DNA from: Candidatus Hodarchaeota archaeon
GTDB taxonomy: Archaea; Asgardarchaeota; Lokiarchaeia; Sigyniarchaeales; SOKP01
Direction of reading: 5' to 3'
Assembly (NCBI GenBank): GCA_048887225.1
Contig: JBHLJY010000006.1
Span: 32,001 to 96,000, forward strand
Length of the DNA: 64,000 nucleotides
In this document: in pieces, positions 20,253 through 31,322 of the stretch
Layout: every line of letters begins with the position of its first letter
Numbering within the stretch: position 1 is the first letter of the stretch
Notes under the pieces: generated by a model
Database searches by the model: none
Seen by the model: only the letters and a program-made list of their open reading frames with translations
Told to the model about the DNA's origin: nothing
Position numbers and translations under genes: made by a program

Positions 20253-21842
20253 ATGCGAAAAACCCCTGATGCTCCAATTGTAGATGAAAATGCTGAATTG
20301 GCTCTTGTATTTTATTTGTTAACTAAAAACTTTGATTATAAAAACGAGAAAATTTTGTCATTTTCGAGATTATTATGGCCACTTTTGAGTATTCAAGGTG
20401 TTATTTCTACTCATATATTTCTTGATGGAATCAAAATATTTTCAAAGAAAGGAAAATTTAGCAATCCTCCACGTCAACCTCTTATAGGTCATATCTTAAG
20501 AAATATTGACGAGAGGAGCGAGATTGAATTATTAAGTAGAATTATTGATGTTTTAACATATAAGGATGCTAAGGCAGAGGAGATTGGAAGTGGAGAGGAA
20601 TCTGAATATCAGACTCTCGAAGTAGAGGGATTAATCAACCCAGATCATCTTCAGTCGCTTTTAAAATTAATTCCTCACTTAGAATATTTACCAATAACAG
20701 ATTATGTTCCTTTAGATACAACTTTAAATACTGAAAATGCTCTAGATGTTTCTGAAAAATATAGATCTTATATAGATACTATGAAAGGAAATGCGCGAAG
20801 ATGGGAGACTCAAGTCAAACTAATTAATGCCGAAATAGAAAAGTGGATGACCAATTTAAATGTAAAAATTAAAGATGTAGAATTGCTATTTTCTTCTCAA
20901 ATAAGTAAAATTAAGGAAGGTTTTGACGAAGGACAATTGAAAACACAGAAAGAAATCGATTTTGATAAAGTTGAACAATGGAATGTAAGCGAAAAAAAGA
21001 AGATAATTGAAAATATTTCAGTATTATTTAAGACTGCGGAAAAACAATTGCAAGAAATTATTAAGAAAAATCGATTTTTTAGCTCTGAAGAATCTTTTAA
21101 ATCTAAAGTATTTGAAGATCTTTTAAATCCTTACGAAGAACATTTTAATTATTTAAAAGAAGAAAGTAAAAAATTTGAGGATTCAATTGAGTCGCTTTAT
21201 CAAAAATATATTGAATTAAAAAAACAAGCCATAAAAGTTGATAACGACACAGCTATGAAGCTGCATGATGTTACAACAGAGTTAAATAAAAAATTGGAAG
21301 ATCGAAATAAGCAACTATCTGAATTTAAACAACAAAAAGAAGATAACTTGTCTGAACTAATCTCTTTAAAAACAAAAATTGAAAGTCTATTTTCCGAAAT
21401 TAAAGAACTCTGTCAGAATAAAATTAAGAATTGCTTACAAGAAGCAGAAGACCTAACTGGATGGTCTATTCAAGACACACATGATGAGTTGTTCTCTAAG
21501 CCCGTTCAATGGATTTACATGCCATTTTACGCAATGTTTAAGGAGAACGAAGAGCAAATGGAAGAACAAATGGATGTGGTTTTTCCAGGCTACATTAACA
21601 TAGATCCTACTTCGCTCTACGAAGATCTCTCTGATTCCTTTACAGAATTAAAAAAAATATTATTAAAAAGAATTGAAGATGACGTCAAAATTCGATCAAA
21701 TTTCGAATTTTCTTGTGATAGAAAAAATTTCATAAAAGATTTAAATTATAAAAAGCAAATCCAACAAGGTATTTCAATTTTAAAGAGTAAAAAATTATTT
21801 AATGGCGAAATTGAGGCTAATATTCTTAAATTATTACCATAA
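20253..21842 (+). CDS. Hypothetical protein with a long central coiled coil
   Basis: E/K/L heptad-rich region at about aa 165-400, flanked by globular ends. Confidence 0.7.
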   Translation: MRKTPDAPIVDENAELALVFYLLTKNFDYKNEKILSFSRLLWPLLSIQGVISTHIFLDGIKIFSKKGKFSNPPRQPLIGHILRNIDERSEIELLSRIIDVLTYKDAKAEEIGSGEESEYQTLEVEGLINPDHLQSLLKLIPHLEYLPITDYVPLDTTLNTENALDVSEKYRSYIDTMKGNARRWETQVKLINAEIEKWMTNLNVKIKDVELLFSSQISKIKEGFDEGQLKTQKEIDFDKVEQWNVSEKKKIIENISVLFKTAEKQLQEIIKKNRFFSSEESFKSKVFEDLLNPYEEHFNYLKEESKKFEDSIESLYQKYIELKKQAIKVDNDTAMKLHDVTTELNKKLEDRNKQLSEFKQQKEDNLSELISLKTKIESLFSEIKELCQNKIKNCLQEAEDLTGWSIQDTHDELFSKPVQWIYMPFYAMFKENEEQMEEQMDVVFPGYINIDPTSLYEDLSDSFTELKKILLKRIEDDVKIRSNFEFSCDRKNFIKDLNYKKQIQQGISILKSKKLFNGEIEANILKLLP

Positions 21843-21865
21843 GTTCTTTATTTATCATAATAACG

Positions 21866-22519
21866 ATGCCAAAATCTAAGTTAGACCTTAAAAAAAAAAG
21901 AATTAGAGAATTTTTTTCAACTTTTGAGACGAAAAAGAAAGATGAGATCGAGAAAGAGATCTATGAAAAGGGCATGGTTTACACACAAATGCGATTACCT
22001 GTAGAATTAATCACTAAAGAATTTGAAGACTCGTTGAAACTGAAAATTGAGCAGAACATTATCCAAGCAAGAATTCGAGTGGCTACGGAAGCAGACCTTG
22101 AAAGTATTATGAACCTTTACAATAAAAGTTGGTTAACTTCAAATACTCCTTTTAGACCAATAACTAAAAATTCTTTAAAAGTAATTTTTGAGGATAAAGA
22201 CACTATTTTTTTAATTGCTAAAGTATATGGTAAAGATGCTGGTTTTATAATTTTGGATTTTGAGGGTGATAATAATGAATATGGTATAATTGCGGGACTA
22301 GGAATAATCCCTCGCTTTCAACATAAAGGTTTGGGAACAATATTAGGTATGGCTGCATGGAATCATTTGAAGGAGTTAAAGGATAAGAAGATTAAAGAGC
22401 TTAGGTGTGAAGTCTACAAAGATAATGAAATTTCGTATTCCTTTATTAAAGCACTCGGCTTTAAAGAATTTGGTAAAGTTGTTTATACAAAGTCAGACTT
22501 TTCAATAGACGAGGAATAG
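21866..22519 (+). CDS. GNAT family N-acetyltransferase
   Basis: Acetyl-CoA motif PRFQHKGLG; N..SYSFIKALGF. Confidence 0.9.
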   Translation: MPKSKLDLKKKRIREFFSTFETKKKDEIEKEIYEKGMVYTQMRLPVELITKEFEDSLKLKIEQNIIQARIRVATEADLESIMNLYNKSWLTSNTPFRPITKNSLKVIFEDKDTIFLIAKVYGKDAGFIILDFEGDNNEYGIIAGLGIIPRFQHKGLGTILGMAAWNHLKELKDKKIKELRCEVYKDNEISYSFIKALGFKEFGKVVYTKSDFSIDEE

Positions 22520-22594
22520 GATAGAGTTTTTTTTATTTATAATGTAGATTTATTAGAAAAAATTAAATTTTTTAAAATCCTTGCGATATTAACT

Positions 22595-23260
22595 ATGCAA
22601 GAAACTAAAGAGAGTTTTAAGCAAAAAAGAATAAGAACATTTTTTCTTTCTTTTGAATCAAGTTCAAAAAGAAGTGAATCAATTGAGAAAATCCAAGAGG
22701 AAATTGAAGACATTGGTTTAATTTATATCCAAATGAGATTACCAGTTGAAAAAATAACACCAGAATACGAAGCAGAGGTGAACAAAAAAGTAGAACACAA
22801 TATTCTTCGCGCAAAGATAAGAGAAGCAACGGAAGAAGATTTAGAGAACATAATGAATTTATATAATAAGGCGTGGTTGACTTCAAATACACCTTTCTCT
22901 CGCATAACAGTTAATTCTCTGGCGGAAATAAGCAAATATCCTGACACCGTAATTCTTATTGCAAAAGTCTATGGTATTGATGGCGGTTTTATCATTCTTG
23001 ATTACGAAGGACCTAATAATGAATATGGAGTAATCGCAGGACTAGGAATTTTACCACGATTTCAGCGCAAAGGTTTAGGTACAGTTCTTGGTTTAGCGAG
23101 TTGGAAATATTTTAAAGAAAAAGGGATAAAAGAACTCAGATGTGAAGTATATATTGAGAATAAGGCGTCTTACAATTTTATTAAGTCATTAGGGTTCGAG
23201 GAGTATGGGAAAAAATGTTATAGAAACAATGATTTCATTGATGAAGAACAATCCTTATAA
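22595..23260 (+). CDS. GNAT family N-acetyltransferase (tandem paralogue)
   Basis: PRFQRKGLG; shares QMRLPVE, WLTSNTPF and NNEYG.IAGLGI with the upstream gene. Confidence 0.9.
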   Translation: MQETKESFKQKRIRTFFLSFESSSKRSESIEKIQEEIEDIGLIYIQMRLPVEKITPEYEAEVNKKVEHNILRAKIREATEEDLENIMNLYNKAWLTSNTPFSRITVNSLAEISKYPDTVILIAKVYGIDGGFIILDYEGPNNEYGVIAGLGILPRFQRKGLGTVLGLASWKYFKEKGIKELRCEVYIENKASYNFIKSLGFEEYGKKCYRNNDFIDEEQSL

Positions 23261-23338
23261 ATAATTTATTTTCATATTAGAAGATTATCTTATTTTAAAA
23301 TTCTATTAATTAAATAATAAATATAAAAAGTCCCTTAA

Positions 23339-24547
23339 ATGAATTCAAAAGAAAATCTCAATAAAAATTATACTAAACTTGAAAAAGGAGAATTAAACAA
23401 TGTATATACGAAAAGAATTCATTCTATAGATTTTCTCAAAGGTGTCGCTATTTATATTATAATTTTGATAAATACAGCAGAAATATGGATTAATAAAGAG
23501 TCAAGATTTGTTTATGCTATAATTTATTTGTACTTAGACGTCATTGGTACTTCTTTGTTTATATTTTTATTTTCTTTATCTGTGATATTTTTATGGAAAA
23601 AGAAGATGGGTATAAGCCCTAGTAAAGAAATCCGCAATGATATACTAACGAGAGGATTAATTTTAATTATTTTAGGTATTGGGTATAATATAATATCAAC
23701 ATCAATTACATTAAATATGCCACTACCACTTAACTTATGGGGTTGGAATATACTTATCTTCATTGGATTTGCTCAAATAATTAGTTATTACGCTGTTAAA
23801 TTATCCAGAGGTGCTAGGTGGATCATTGGTTTCTTATTTTTTTTTGCTAGTACCCCAATAAGAGAGTTATTAATTTTAGGTAAAAATACTAATCAAATCG
23901 TTAGTATTTTACACTTTATAATTATATCTCCTAATCCACAGACTACAATTCTACCCTATATTGCATTATGCTTTTTTTCAACAATTTTTGGAGAACGACT
24001 TTTAGAATGCTTACAATTAGATGCGAAAGTATGTAATTTAGAGACTTTTCATACTTTAATAATATTTGGTTTTATTTTCTTATTTATTGGAATATCTTAT
24101 GGTTATGGATTAGTAACACCAGAAATTCTCGATCCCGAGGATTATCCAATGATTAAACTCATCCCAATTTTAGAAACTCAATCATTTTTTCCGTTATCAA
24201 AAGTCCCAGGATATTTAATAAGAGGAACTGCACCAAACTTGCTTTATGGATTAGGAGTGGCATTAATAATTCTTGGATGCACATTTTATCTTCTCGATAT
24301 TTTGTATGTACAAAATGCTATAATTAAAATGTTCGATTTTTATGGAAAGGTTTCATTAAGTCTTTTTTTCATTCATTGTGTTGGGTTGTTATTCTTTATT
24401 CAGCAATTAACAATTGTTGTTTTTTTTATCGCCTATTTCTTTTATATTGGATTTTTAGGACTGTTAATGTATCTGTGGTTTAGATATGCTAAAGGAGTTG
24501 GCACTCTAAAATGGCTCATATCCAAGACAAGCTCTCGCCACAAATAA
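23339..24547 (+). CDS. HGSNAT/DUF1624-like multi-pass membrane acyltransferase
   Basis: N-terminal RIHSIDFLKGVA motif; C-terminal 'GKVSLSLFFIH'; many TM helices. Confidence 0.7.
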   Translation: MNSKENLNKNYTKLEKGELNNVYTKRIHSIDFLKGVAIYIIILINTAEIWINKESRFVYAIIYLYLDVIGTSLFIFLFSLSVIFLWKKKMGISPSKEIRNDILTRGLILIILGIGYNIISTSITLNMPLPLNLWGWNILIFIGFAQIISYYAVKLSRGARWIIGFLFFFASTPIRELLILGKNTNQIVSILHFIIISPNPQTTILPYIALCFFSTIFGERLLECLQLDAKVCNLETFHTLIIFGFIFLFIGISYGYGLVTPEILDPEDYPMIKLIPILETQSFFPLSKVPGYLIRGTAPNLLYGLGVALIILGCTFYLLDILYVQNAIIKMFDFYGKVSLSLFFIHCVGLLFFIQQLTIVVFFIAYFFYIGFLGLLMYLWFRYAKGVGTLKWLISKTSSRHK

Positions 24548-24563
24548 TTATTTGTTAATAGGA

Positions 24564-25985
24564 TTAGTCTGAGTTTGATGTTCTTAAAGATTTGATTTTC
24601 TCAGCAATCAAATTTGAATTGTACTCATCTTGTAAATCTTGATAATAATGTAGTGCTTTTTGCCAATTGGACAATGCTAATTCAATAATTCCTTTATTAA
24701 TATAGATATCGCCTAATTTATGAAGAATCTGCGCTGAATTTTTTGTGTAATTTTGATCTTCAAAGATTTCTAAAGCATCCTCATAATTTTTAATAGATTC
24801 TGATTCATTTCCAATATTATCTAGGAAAATTTGAGCTATTTTACTCCTGATTTGAGCAACCTTAATATCGTTTCCAAATTTATAATAAATCTCATTTGAT
24901 AAATTGTAATAATCAATTGCATTTTGATATTCTCCTTTAATAGTATAGAATTTTGCTAAATTTTTTAATATATTTGCTTCATTTAGGCTTTCTCCTAATT
25001 CAAAAATGCGAACTGCTTCAAGACTTTTTAATAAATAAACTTCAGCCTCTCTATATTTCTTCCAAAATAGATTTAACTTACCTAAATAGAGATAACACTC
25101 CCATTTTAGTTGTGTATTAACAAATATAGATGTTTGACTTTTTACGCTTTTAATCAAATCTAATGCGTCTTTTAAATTTTGGTGTGAATATTGGTAATTG
25201 CTAGAACCTAAGTTGTAATTTAGCTTTCCAAGTTTAATAAGCGAAATTATTGTTCCATATATATCACCGGATTGTCTAAAATATTCTAAATTTCTATTTA
25301 AGATTCTTTTAACTTTATCATGATTCTTTAATAAAAATAAGACATCTATAAGATTACTTGACGTTTTAATTTCTTCTGAAACAAAATTGTTTTGTTCAGC
25401 CAATTTTAGCGCCTTGTTATAAAATTCATAGCTATGATCTAAATCGTTAATTAAATAATAAATATTTGCTAAATTATTGTAAACTAAGATTAGTTTACGT
25501 TTTTCATTAATTTTTTTGAGAACTCCTATGGATTGTTCAAAATGATAAATAGCATCATCAAAAAATCCATTTTCTTCGTGTATCAAGCCAATTTCATTAT
25601 GTGAAATCGCTAAATTCAAAAAATCATTCTCTTCCATAAAATAATTCAATGCTAATTCTAAAACTTTTAAAGATGTTGATAAATCTCTTTTTATGTAATA
25701 TAAACTAGCTTTTTCTAATAGCAAGCTCCCAGAAGATTCTCCTAAGCTTTGTTTTTGCTCTAAATTTCTATTAATTTCATCGATTTTTTTCTCAATTTTT
25801 TCGTCATTAATAATATTGAAATCATATAATTCTTCCTCCATATGATAATGTTTTAATATTGCCAAATCATTATCAATTGTCTGACTCATTTTTTTTCTTT
25901 CTAAATTAACGATTAAGGGCTTATTACATTGTTTACAATAATCCCAGTCAGGCTTGATATAATTCCCACAGTAAGGGCAATTCAT
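24564..25985 (-). CDS. TPR-repeat protein with N-terminal zinc ribbon
   Basis: CPYC..CKQC; repeated TPR units (e.g. YNNLANIYYLINDLDHSYEFYNKAL). Confidence 0.88.
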   Translation of the reverse strand: MNCPYCGNYIKPDWDYCKQCNKPLIVNLERKKMSQTIDNDLAILKHYHMEEELYDFNIINDEKIEKKIDEINRNLEQKQSLGESSGSLLLEKASLYYIKRDLSTSLKVLELALNYFMEENDFLNLAISHNEIGLIHEENGFFDDAIYHFEQSIGVLKKINEKRKLILVYNNLANIYYLINDLDHSYEFYNKALKLAEQNNFVSEEIKTSSNLIDVLFLLKNHDKVKRILNRNLEYFRQSGDIYGTIISLIKLGKLNYNLGSSNYQYSHQNLKDALDLIKSVKSQTSIFVNTQLKWECYLYLGKLNLFWKKYREAEVYLLKSLEAVRIFELGESLNEANILKNLAKFYTIKGEYQNAIDYYNLSNEIYYKFGNDIKVAQIRSKIAQIFLDNIGNESESIKNYEDALEIFEDQNYTKNSAQILHKLGDIYINKGIIELALSNWQKALHYYQDLQDEYNSNLIAEKIKSLRTSNSD

Positions 25986-25993
25986 ATTAAAAT

Positions 25994-26947
25994 TTACAAT
26001 CGATTTTTATGATTTTTATTTCTGGTTTTTTTATAGTCTTTTAATTCATTTTCAATATCTTTATCACTAAGTCCTAAAGATTTAATTAAAGTTTTGAGTT
26101 GAAATATGGCATTAGTAGCTTTTAATTTTTCAGCTAAATGTAATGCTTTAATAAACTCCTTTTTTGCTTCCTTAAATTTCCCTAAGTAGAATAATGTTTC
26201 TCCTATATAACCTAATCCTCGCATAATCAATTCTACAAAATTAGAATCGATTGCTTGATTTGTTCCTTTTTTAAAAGATAATAGTGCTTTATAATATCTG
26301 TTATTTCGTTTTTCTATAATTCCTAAATTAAAATACGATGTAATAATTCCTTTATTATCCTTGAGTTTAACAAAGGCTTCTAAAGATTTTTTATACAAGT
26401 CATAAACAATATCCCATTTTTCTTGCGTTTCATGAATATAAATTAAATTTCCTAAGCAATCCAATAAATTATAGATATCATTATCATCGGAACAAATCTC
26501 ACTACATTCCAAAAACAGTTCGCAAGCGTCATCTAATTTGTTTAATTTAATATAACTGTTTCCAAGTCCTTTTAAACACGTAATTTCTTCCTTTACTTGT
26601 TTTAATTCATTGTATATATTATATGCATTTTTATAGTTTTCAATTGCTTTTTCATATTCGCTTTTTTTAAAATACAGGGTACCTAAAACTCCTAATACAG
26701 CTGCTTGTCCTAGCCTATCCCGTTGCTTTTTAAAATGTTTTAAGCAGATTAAAAAATTTTTCTCAGATTCATCATATTGTTCAATTCCTAACTGGAGAAA
26801 CGCAATCTCACTAAGTTCTTTTATATAATTTGAAGTCTTACCAATTTTTTCAAATAATTCCTTTAGTATCACAGACTTTTCTTGGATTAATTTTTCAATT
26901 TCTTCCCTAGTTAATTCAATGTCTTTATTAAATAGAAAAAAATTCAC
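25994..26947 (-). CDS. TPR-repeat protein
   Basis: Repeated LG.LY....Y..A...Y..A units. Confidence 0.88.
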   Translation of the reverse strand: MNFFLFNKDIELTREEIEKLIQEKSVILKELFEKIGKTSNYIKELSEIAFLQLGIEQYDESEKNFLICLKHFKKQRDRLGQAAVLGVLGTLYFKKSEYEKAIENYKNAYNIYNELKQVKEEITCLKGLGNSYIKLNKLDDACELFLECSEICSDDNDIYNLLDCLGNLIYIHETQEKWDIVYDLYKKSLEAFVKLKDNKGIITSYFNLGIIEKRNNRYYKALLSFKKGTNQAIDSNFVELIMRGLGYIGETLFYLGKFKEAKKEFIKALHLAEKLKATNAIFQLKTLIKSLGLSDKDIENELKDYKKTRNKNHKNRL

Positions 26948-26963
26948 CTTATTTTTATTAATT

Positions 26964-27470
26964 TTATTTTATTTTACGTAATCCGCTTAATGGGCATGCA
27001 TATGTTGGACATTTATTACAACCAGTTTTTTGGTGTATTCCTAACGTTATAACAACTATCATGGAATATAAAATCAATAGAATCCAATCAACGACAGTTA
27101 AATCCTCAACAAATAATAAATAGAGATAGAGATATATTGGCATTAAATTCGCAAGAGCAAGGAAGGATATGTCGAACAATATCATTTTCCAAAGTCCTCC
27201 ACCCTCAAGAAAATTTTTCTTTTCTGAACGCTTAAATAACTTAGCACCAATGATTCCCATACCCCATGAAGGACAAGGCTTTCCAAGGAAGTCACAATGG
27301 CGACAGCTAACATATCTTCCTACTGTTATATAAAGAAGCCAAAACACCCAATAGAATATCAGCATTATCCAAGACTTTATTATTATCATAATTATAGCCA
27401 TAATCACCAAAATAAAAATAAATATTAAATTTGCTATAATAACTTTCTTAGTCCAAGGAGATTCACTCAT
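26964..27470 (-). CDS. Small 4-TM membrane protein with two Cys clusters
   Basis: CRHC..C and CNKC...C motifs between or after hydrophobic helices. Confidence 0.7.
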   Translation of the reverse strand: MSESPWTKKVIIANLIFIFILVIMAIIMIIIKSWIMLIFYWVFWLLYITVGRYVSCRHCDFLGKPCPSWGMGIIGAKLFKRSEKKNFLEGGGLWKMILFDISFLALANLMPIYLYLYLLFVEDLTVVDWILLILYSMIVVITLGIHQKTGCNKCPTYACPLSGLRKIK

Positions 27471-27590
27471 ATAAAATCATTTTATTTTAATAATTTATAA
27501 TATATATCTATAAAAATTAAAAAAATGCGAATCTATTAATATATTTAGCAAAGCAATTATTTTTAAATTATTAAAAAAAGGGATTATATC

Positions 27591-28703
27591 TTGAAATTTA
27601 AAGCAAGATTATGGGACAAGCTTAATGATAATAAAGTTAAATGTCACGTCTGCGCCAATGAATGTATTATAACGCCCGGAAAAGTTGGTACTTGTCGAAC
27701 GCGTAAAAATTTTGATGGTGAATTATTCACACTAATCTATGGATCTCTTATATCAATGGGAAGCTTGGATCCCATTGAAAAAAAACCTCTTTATAATTTT
27801 TGGCCTGGAGCAACAGCATATTCAATTGCTTCGATAGGATGTTCTTTTCGATGTCTTAATTGCCAGAATTGGTCAATAAGTCAAGCATGTCCTACTGATG
27901 ATGGAAAAGATGGATATTATGATTTTGAAGGTTTTAATAATCGCAAAATGTCGCTTGTTGAATTGACTCCAGACAAACTTGTTAAAAAAGTTATTAAAAG
28001 TGGAGCGAAAACTTTAGCTTACACATATAACGAACCGCTAATTTGGCACGAGTGGATTTTAGACACAACAATCCTTCTTAAGAAAGAAGATATAAAAACA
28101 ATTTTAGTTACGAATGGTTTTTCTACTCCAGAGGCTTCGAAAGAATTAATTGAAATAGGGATTGATGCAGCAAATATTGATATTAAAGGTATAACTGATG
28201 AATTTTATAAAAAAATCTGTGGAGTTAAGTCTGTACAACCAGTTTTAGATACAGCTAAGCGTTTTAAGGATAATGGGATTCATGTGGAGATTACTAACTT
28301 AATACTTCCAGATATGAACGATGGAAAAGAGGAACTTGAGAAATTATGTAATTGGATTGCGGAAAATTTAGGAAAAAATACCCCCACCCACTTTTCCGCA
28401 TATCATCCTGATTTTAAAATGCCTTCTAAGAAAAGAACACCGTACGAGACCTTAGATATGGCATATAAAATTGCGAAAGAAGCTGGTTTATATTTTCCAT
28501 ATGTCGGAAATATAAGACACGACGAGGGAAGCAATACCTATTGTCCAAAATGTAATTATTTATTATTTGGAAGATCAGGATACGCTTTTACTAAAATTGA
28601 CATAACTGACGATAACAAATGCCCTAATTGCGGTTATGACTTAAAAAATGATATAATTGGAAAAGTCAATAAAAAGCCTTCGCATCGATTTAGCTTTTTA
28701 TAA
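27591..28703 (+). CDS. amrS: AmmeMemoRadiSam system radical SAM enzyme
   Basis: CHVCANEC, DPIEKKPLYNF, CSFRCLNCQNW, AYTYNEP, C-terminal CPKC/CPNC. Confidence 0.92.
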   Translation: MKFKARLWDKLNDNKVKCHVCANECIITPGKVGTCRTRKNFDGELFTLIYGSLISMGSLDPIEKKPLYNFWPGATAYSIASIGCSFRCLNCQNWSISQACPTDDGKDGYYDFEGFNNRKMSLVELTPDKLVKKVIKSGAKTLAYTYNEPLIWHEWILDTTILLKKEDIKTILVTNGFSTPEASKELIEIGIDAANIDIKGITDEFYKKICGVKSVQPVLDTAKRFKDNGIHVEITNLILPDMNDGKEELEKLCNWIAENLGKNTPTHFSAYHPDFKMPSKKRTPYETLDMAYKIAKEAGLYFPYVGNIRHDEGSNTYCPKCNYLLFGRSGYAFTKIDITDDNKCPNCGYDLKNDIIGKVNKKPSHRFSFL

Positions 28704-28737
28704 ATATATAAAAATAAAAAAAATAAGATTTTAATAA

Positions 28738-29385
28738 TTAAACAATTGAGGTTCCTAAAGCTACTAATATAATTCCTTGAATGAAACAAAAGATTGCGGC
28801 AACAAACGCTAATGGAGGCCAAGAAATGATTTTAGAAACAGCCATAAAAGCTGCTGTGTAAAATTTTACTGTTATAGCAGTAATTGCAAATATGATTAAA
28901 AATATAACTATTAAAACGACTGCTATTGCAGTTGAAATTGTAACACCAAGCGCCACAATTACCCATATAATTATGGCGGTTACTAATGACGCAGCAGCAA
29001 GTCCAATTATACTTGCTATAGGAAGATCATTCAATGGTTTAAAGAATGTTAACAATCCAAAAATAATTAAGAAAATTGCAGTAAAATAATTAACCGAATC
29101 AGCCGTTTCAGTGGAATATTTTGTACTAGGGGGTATATCTAGTATTAATCCAGAAGCACCACAGAAAATACTTAATATACCAACAATAAATCCTATAAAT
29201 GTTAATAATTTTAAAAAGGGAGTTATATTGAAGTCCCAATCATCGATTTTCGTCAATTTTCGCCATGTTTCTCTTCTGTTCGCTTCGTATGATGCATAAA
29301 TTAACCACATAACTCCAAGTATCACCATCATAAGCCATGCAACTTGCGCTAATGGTTTAAAAATTCCATCTACCCATTCTACCAT
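28738..29385 (-). CDS. Integral membrane protein
   Basis: About 6 hydrophobic helices. Confidence 0.7.
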   Translation of the reverse strand: MVEWVDGIFKPLAQVAWLMMVILGVMWLIYASYEANRRETWRKLTKIDDWDFNITPFLKLLTFIGFIVGILSIFCGASGLILDIPPSTKYSTETADSVNYFTAIFLIIFGLLTFFKPLNDLPIASIIGLAAASLVTAIIIWVIVALGVTISTAIAVVLIVIFLIIFAITAITVKFYTAAFMAVSKIISWPPLAFVAAIFCFIQGIILVALGTSIV

Positions 29386-29503
29386 TTAAATACGCACCAA
29401 AATATAGATTTTTAATTTATATTATAATTATACGAATATTGTGTATTAACTATAATATAATTTTATGGTAATCCAATATTTATTAAAAAAACAAATATAC
29501 GAA

Positions 29504-31198
29504 TTATTTAATAAATGATACGGTTTTTTTGATATAATCTAGATAAATATCAATTTCTTCATTTTTCTTCTCTTCATTCCAAGAATATTCTTCTGCCATA
29601 AGTTCAGCTACTTTTTTAGCAGCTTCAAGTGCTTTCTTATGACTTATCCATAATGACATTTCTGTTCGTCGGCAAAAAACATCAATTAAATGGGGAGTTA
29701 ATTCACATCTGAGACAATAAATGATTTCTGCCTTAATAAAATCATTTTCTTCGATAATTCTTTCTTTTAAAGACTCATCATCTTTGATAAGCTCAAGAAT
29801 CTTAAATGCTCCCTTACCGTATTGTTGATATACATGGTCTGTAATATCTTTGTCTAAATTAAGTCCGGAATTTTTTATCTCATTTATCCAATCTTCCTTT
29901 TCAAGACTGATTATAAATTTTTGTTTTGAAAAATTCTTTTCTCTATTAATATCTTTAAATATATGTTTTTCTTCAATTTCTTTAAATAAATCTTCGGCCA
30001 TACTTCGCCATGCAGTTAATTTTCCTCCTGTAATTGTTAATAAACCATCATCAGAGAAAAAAATGATGTGCTTTCGAGAAATCTCACTTTCAGATTTACC
30101 TTTTTGCATAACTAAGGGTCTAATTCCAGCATAAGTCGAAAGTATATTATCATAATCTAGCTCGGCATTTGGAAAATAAAATTTTGTGGAACTAATTAAA
30201 TAATCAGCATCTTCTTTATCGCAAAAAGGATTGGCTAAATCTCCATTGTAATCAGTATCAGTAGTTCCTATGATTGTAAAATTATTATTACGTGGTAATA
30301 CAAAAAAAGCCCGATCATCTGAAATGGAGCGAATAATAGTCGCCATTTTATTCTTAACATGTTCTCTTCTATATTGCAAATGAACACCTTTAGTGGGACG
30401 AATAAGTGGCTCGGGAATCTCTTCTGGATAACTTTCTAATAAATTATCACTCCATATGCCTGTAGCATTTACAACTAATGTCCCCTTTATTTCAAAATCA
30501 TTATCGTTTTCTAAGTCTCTACATTTTACACCTATAATTTTTCCGTTATCTTTAACATATCCATTAACTTTACAATAATTAATTATATCAGCACCTCGAA
30601 TTACCGCTTCTTTTAACGTTTCTATGGTTAATCTAGCATCATCAACATTAGTGTCATAATATACGGCTCCACCTAAATTGCCTTCCCTTAAATATTCAGG
30701 TTCTAATTCAAACACTTCTTCAGGTTTATACCATTTATGCTCTTTAAAAATTTTAAATTCTGTGTCCTTATTTCCTAAGAAATCGTATATTTTGACGGCG
30801 CTCATTATAGTGCGCTTATTATATTTTCCATCCTTCAAATGAACAAAGAGAAATGGAATAGGGCGAACTAGATGACATAATGCCCACATTAGCCAGTTAC
30901 GTTCAGTCGTAGATTCATGAACTAAATCCATATCTCCATGACTAAGATACCTTATCCCTCCATGAGCTAATTTAGAGGACCTCGAAGATGTGCCTGCCGC
31001 AAAATCCTGCATATCTACAAGGGCAACTTTTAGATTTCTTAAAGCAGCTTCCCGTGCCACTCCTGCACCAGTTATTCCTGCTCCTATTACAATAACATCA
31101 TAACAAGTTTCTTGTAATCGTTTTATGATATTTTCTCTATTTTTATAGTTCCAAGATTGATCAAATAATTTACGTTCTAATTCACTCATTTTAACCAC
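29504..31198 (-). CDS. glpD: FAD-dependent glycerol-3-phosphate dehydrogenase (GlpD/GlpA)
   Basis: IGAGITGAG, GTSSRSSKLAHGGIRYL, DDARL, GTTD, AGIRPL, GGKLT. Confidence 0.92.
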   Translation of the reverse strand: MVKMSELERKLFDQSWNYKNRENIIKRLQETCYDVIVIGAGITGAGVAREAALRNLKVALVDMQDFAAGTSSRSSKLAHGGIRYLSHGDMDLVHESTTERNWLMWALCHLVRPIPFLFVHLKDGKYNKRTIMSAVKIYDFLGNKDTEFKIFKEHKWYKPEEVFELEPEYLREGNLGGAVYYDTNVDDARLTIETLKEAVIRGADIINYCKVNGYVKDNGKIIGVKCRDLENDNDFEIKGTLVVNATGIWSDNLLESYPEEIPEPLIRPTKGVHLQYRREHVKNKMATIIRSISDDRAFFVLPRNNNFTIIGTTDTDYNGDLANPFCDKEDADYLISSTKFYFPNAELDYDNILSTYAGIRPLVMQKGKSESEISRKHIIFFSDDGLLTITGGKLTAWRSMAEDLFKEIEEKHIFKDINREKNFSKQKFIISLEKEDWINEIKNSGLNLDKDITDHVYQQYGKGAFKILELIKDDESLKERIIEENDFIKAEIIYCLRCELTPHLIDVFCRRTEMSLWISHKKALEAAKKVAELMAEEYSWNEEKKNEEIDIYLDYIKKTVSFIK

Positions 31199-31322
31199 AT
31201 TTTTAAATGAATATAATATAATTAAGATTTTAAAATTTTATTCAAAAGCATTGTCTTGGGATTTATAGACACGCATTAGAGTTATTAAATCATTTTATTT
31301 TACAAAACATAATTATTTTAGA

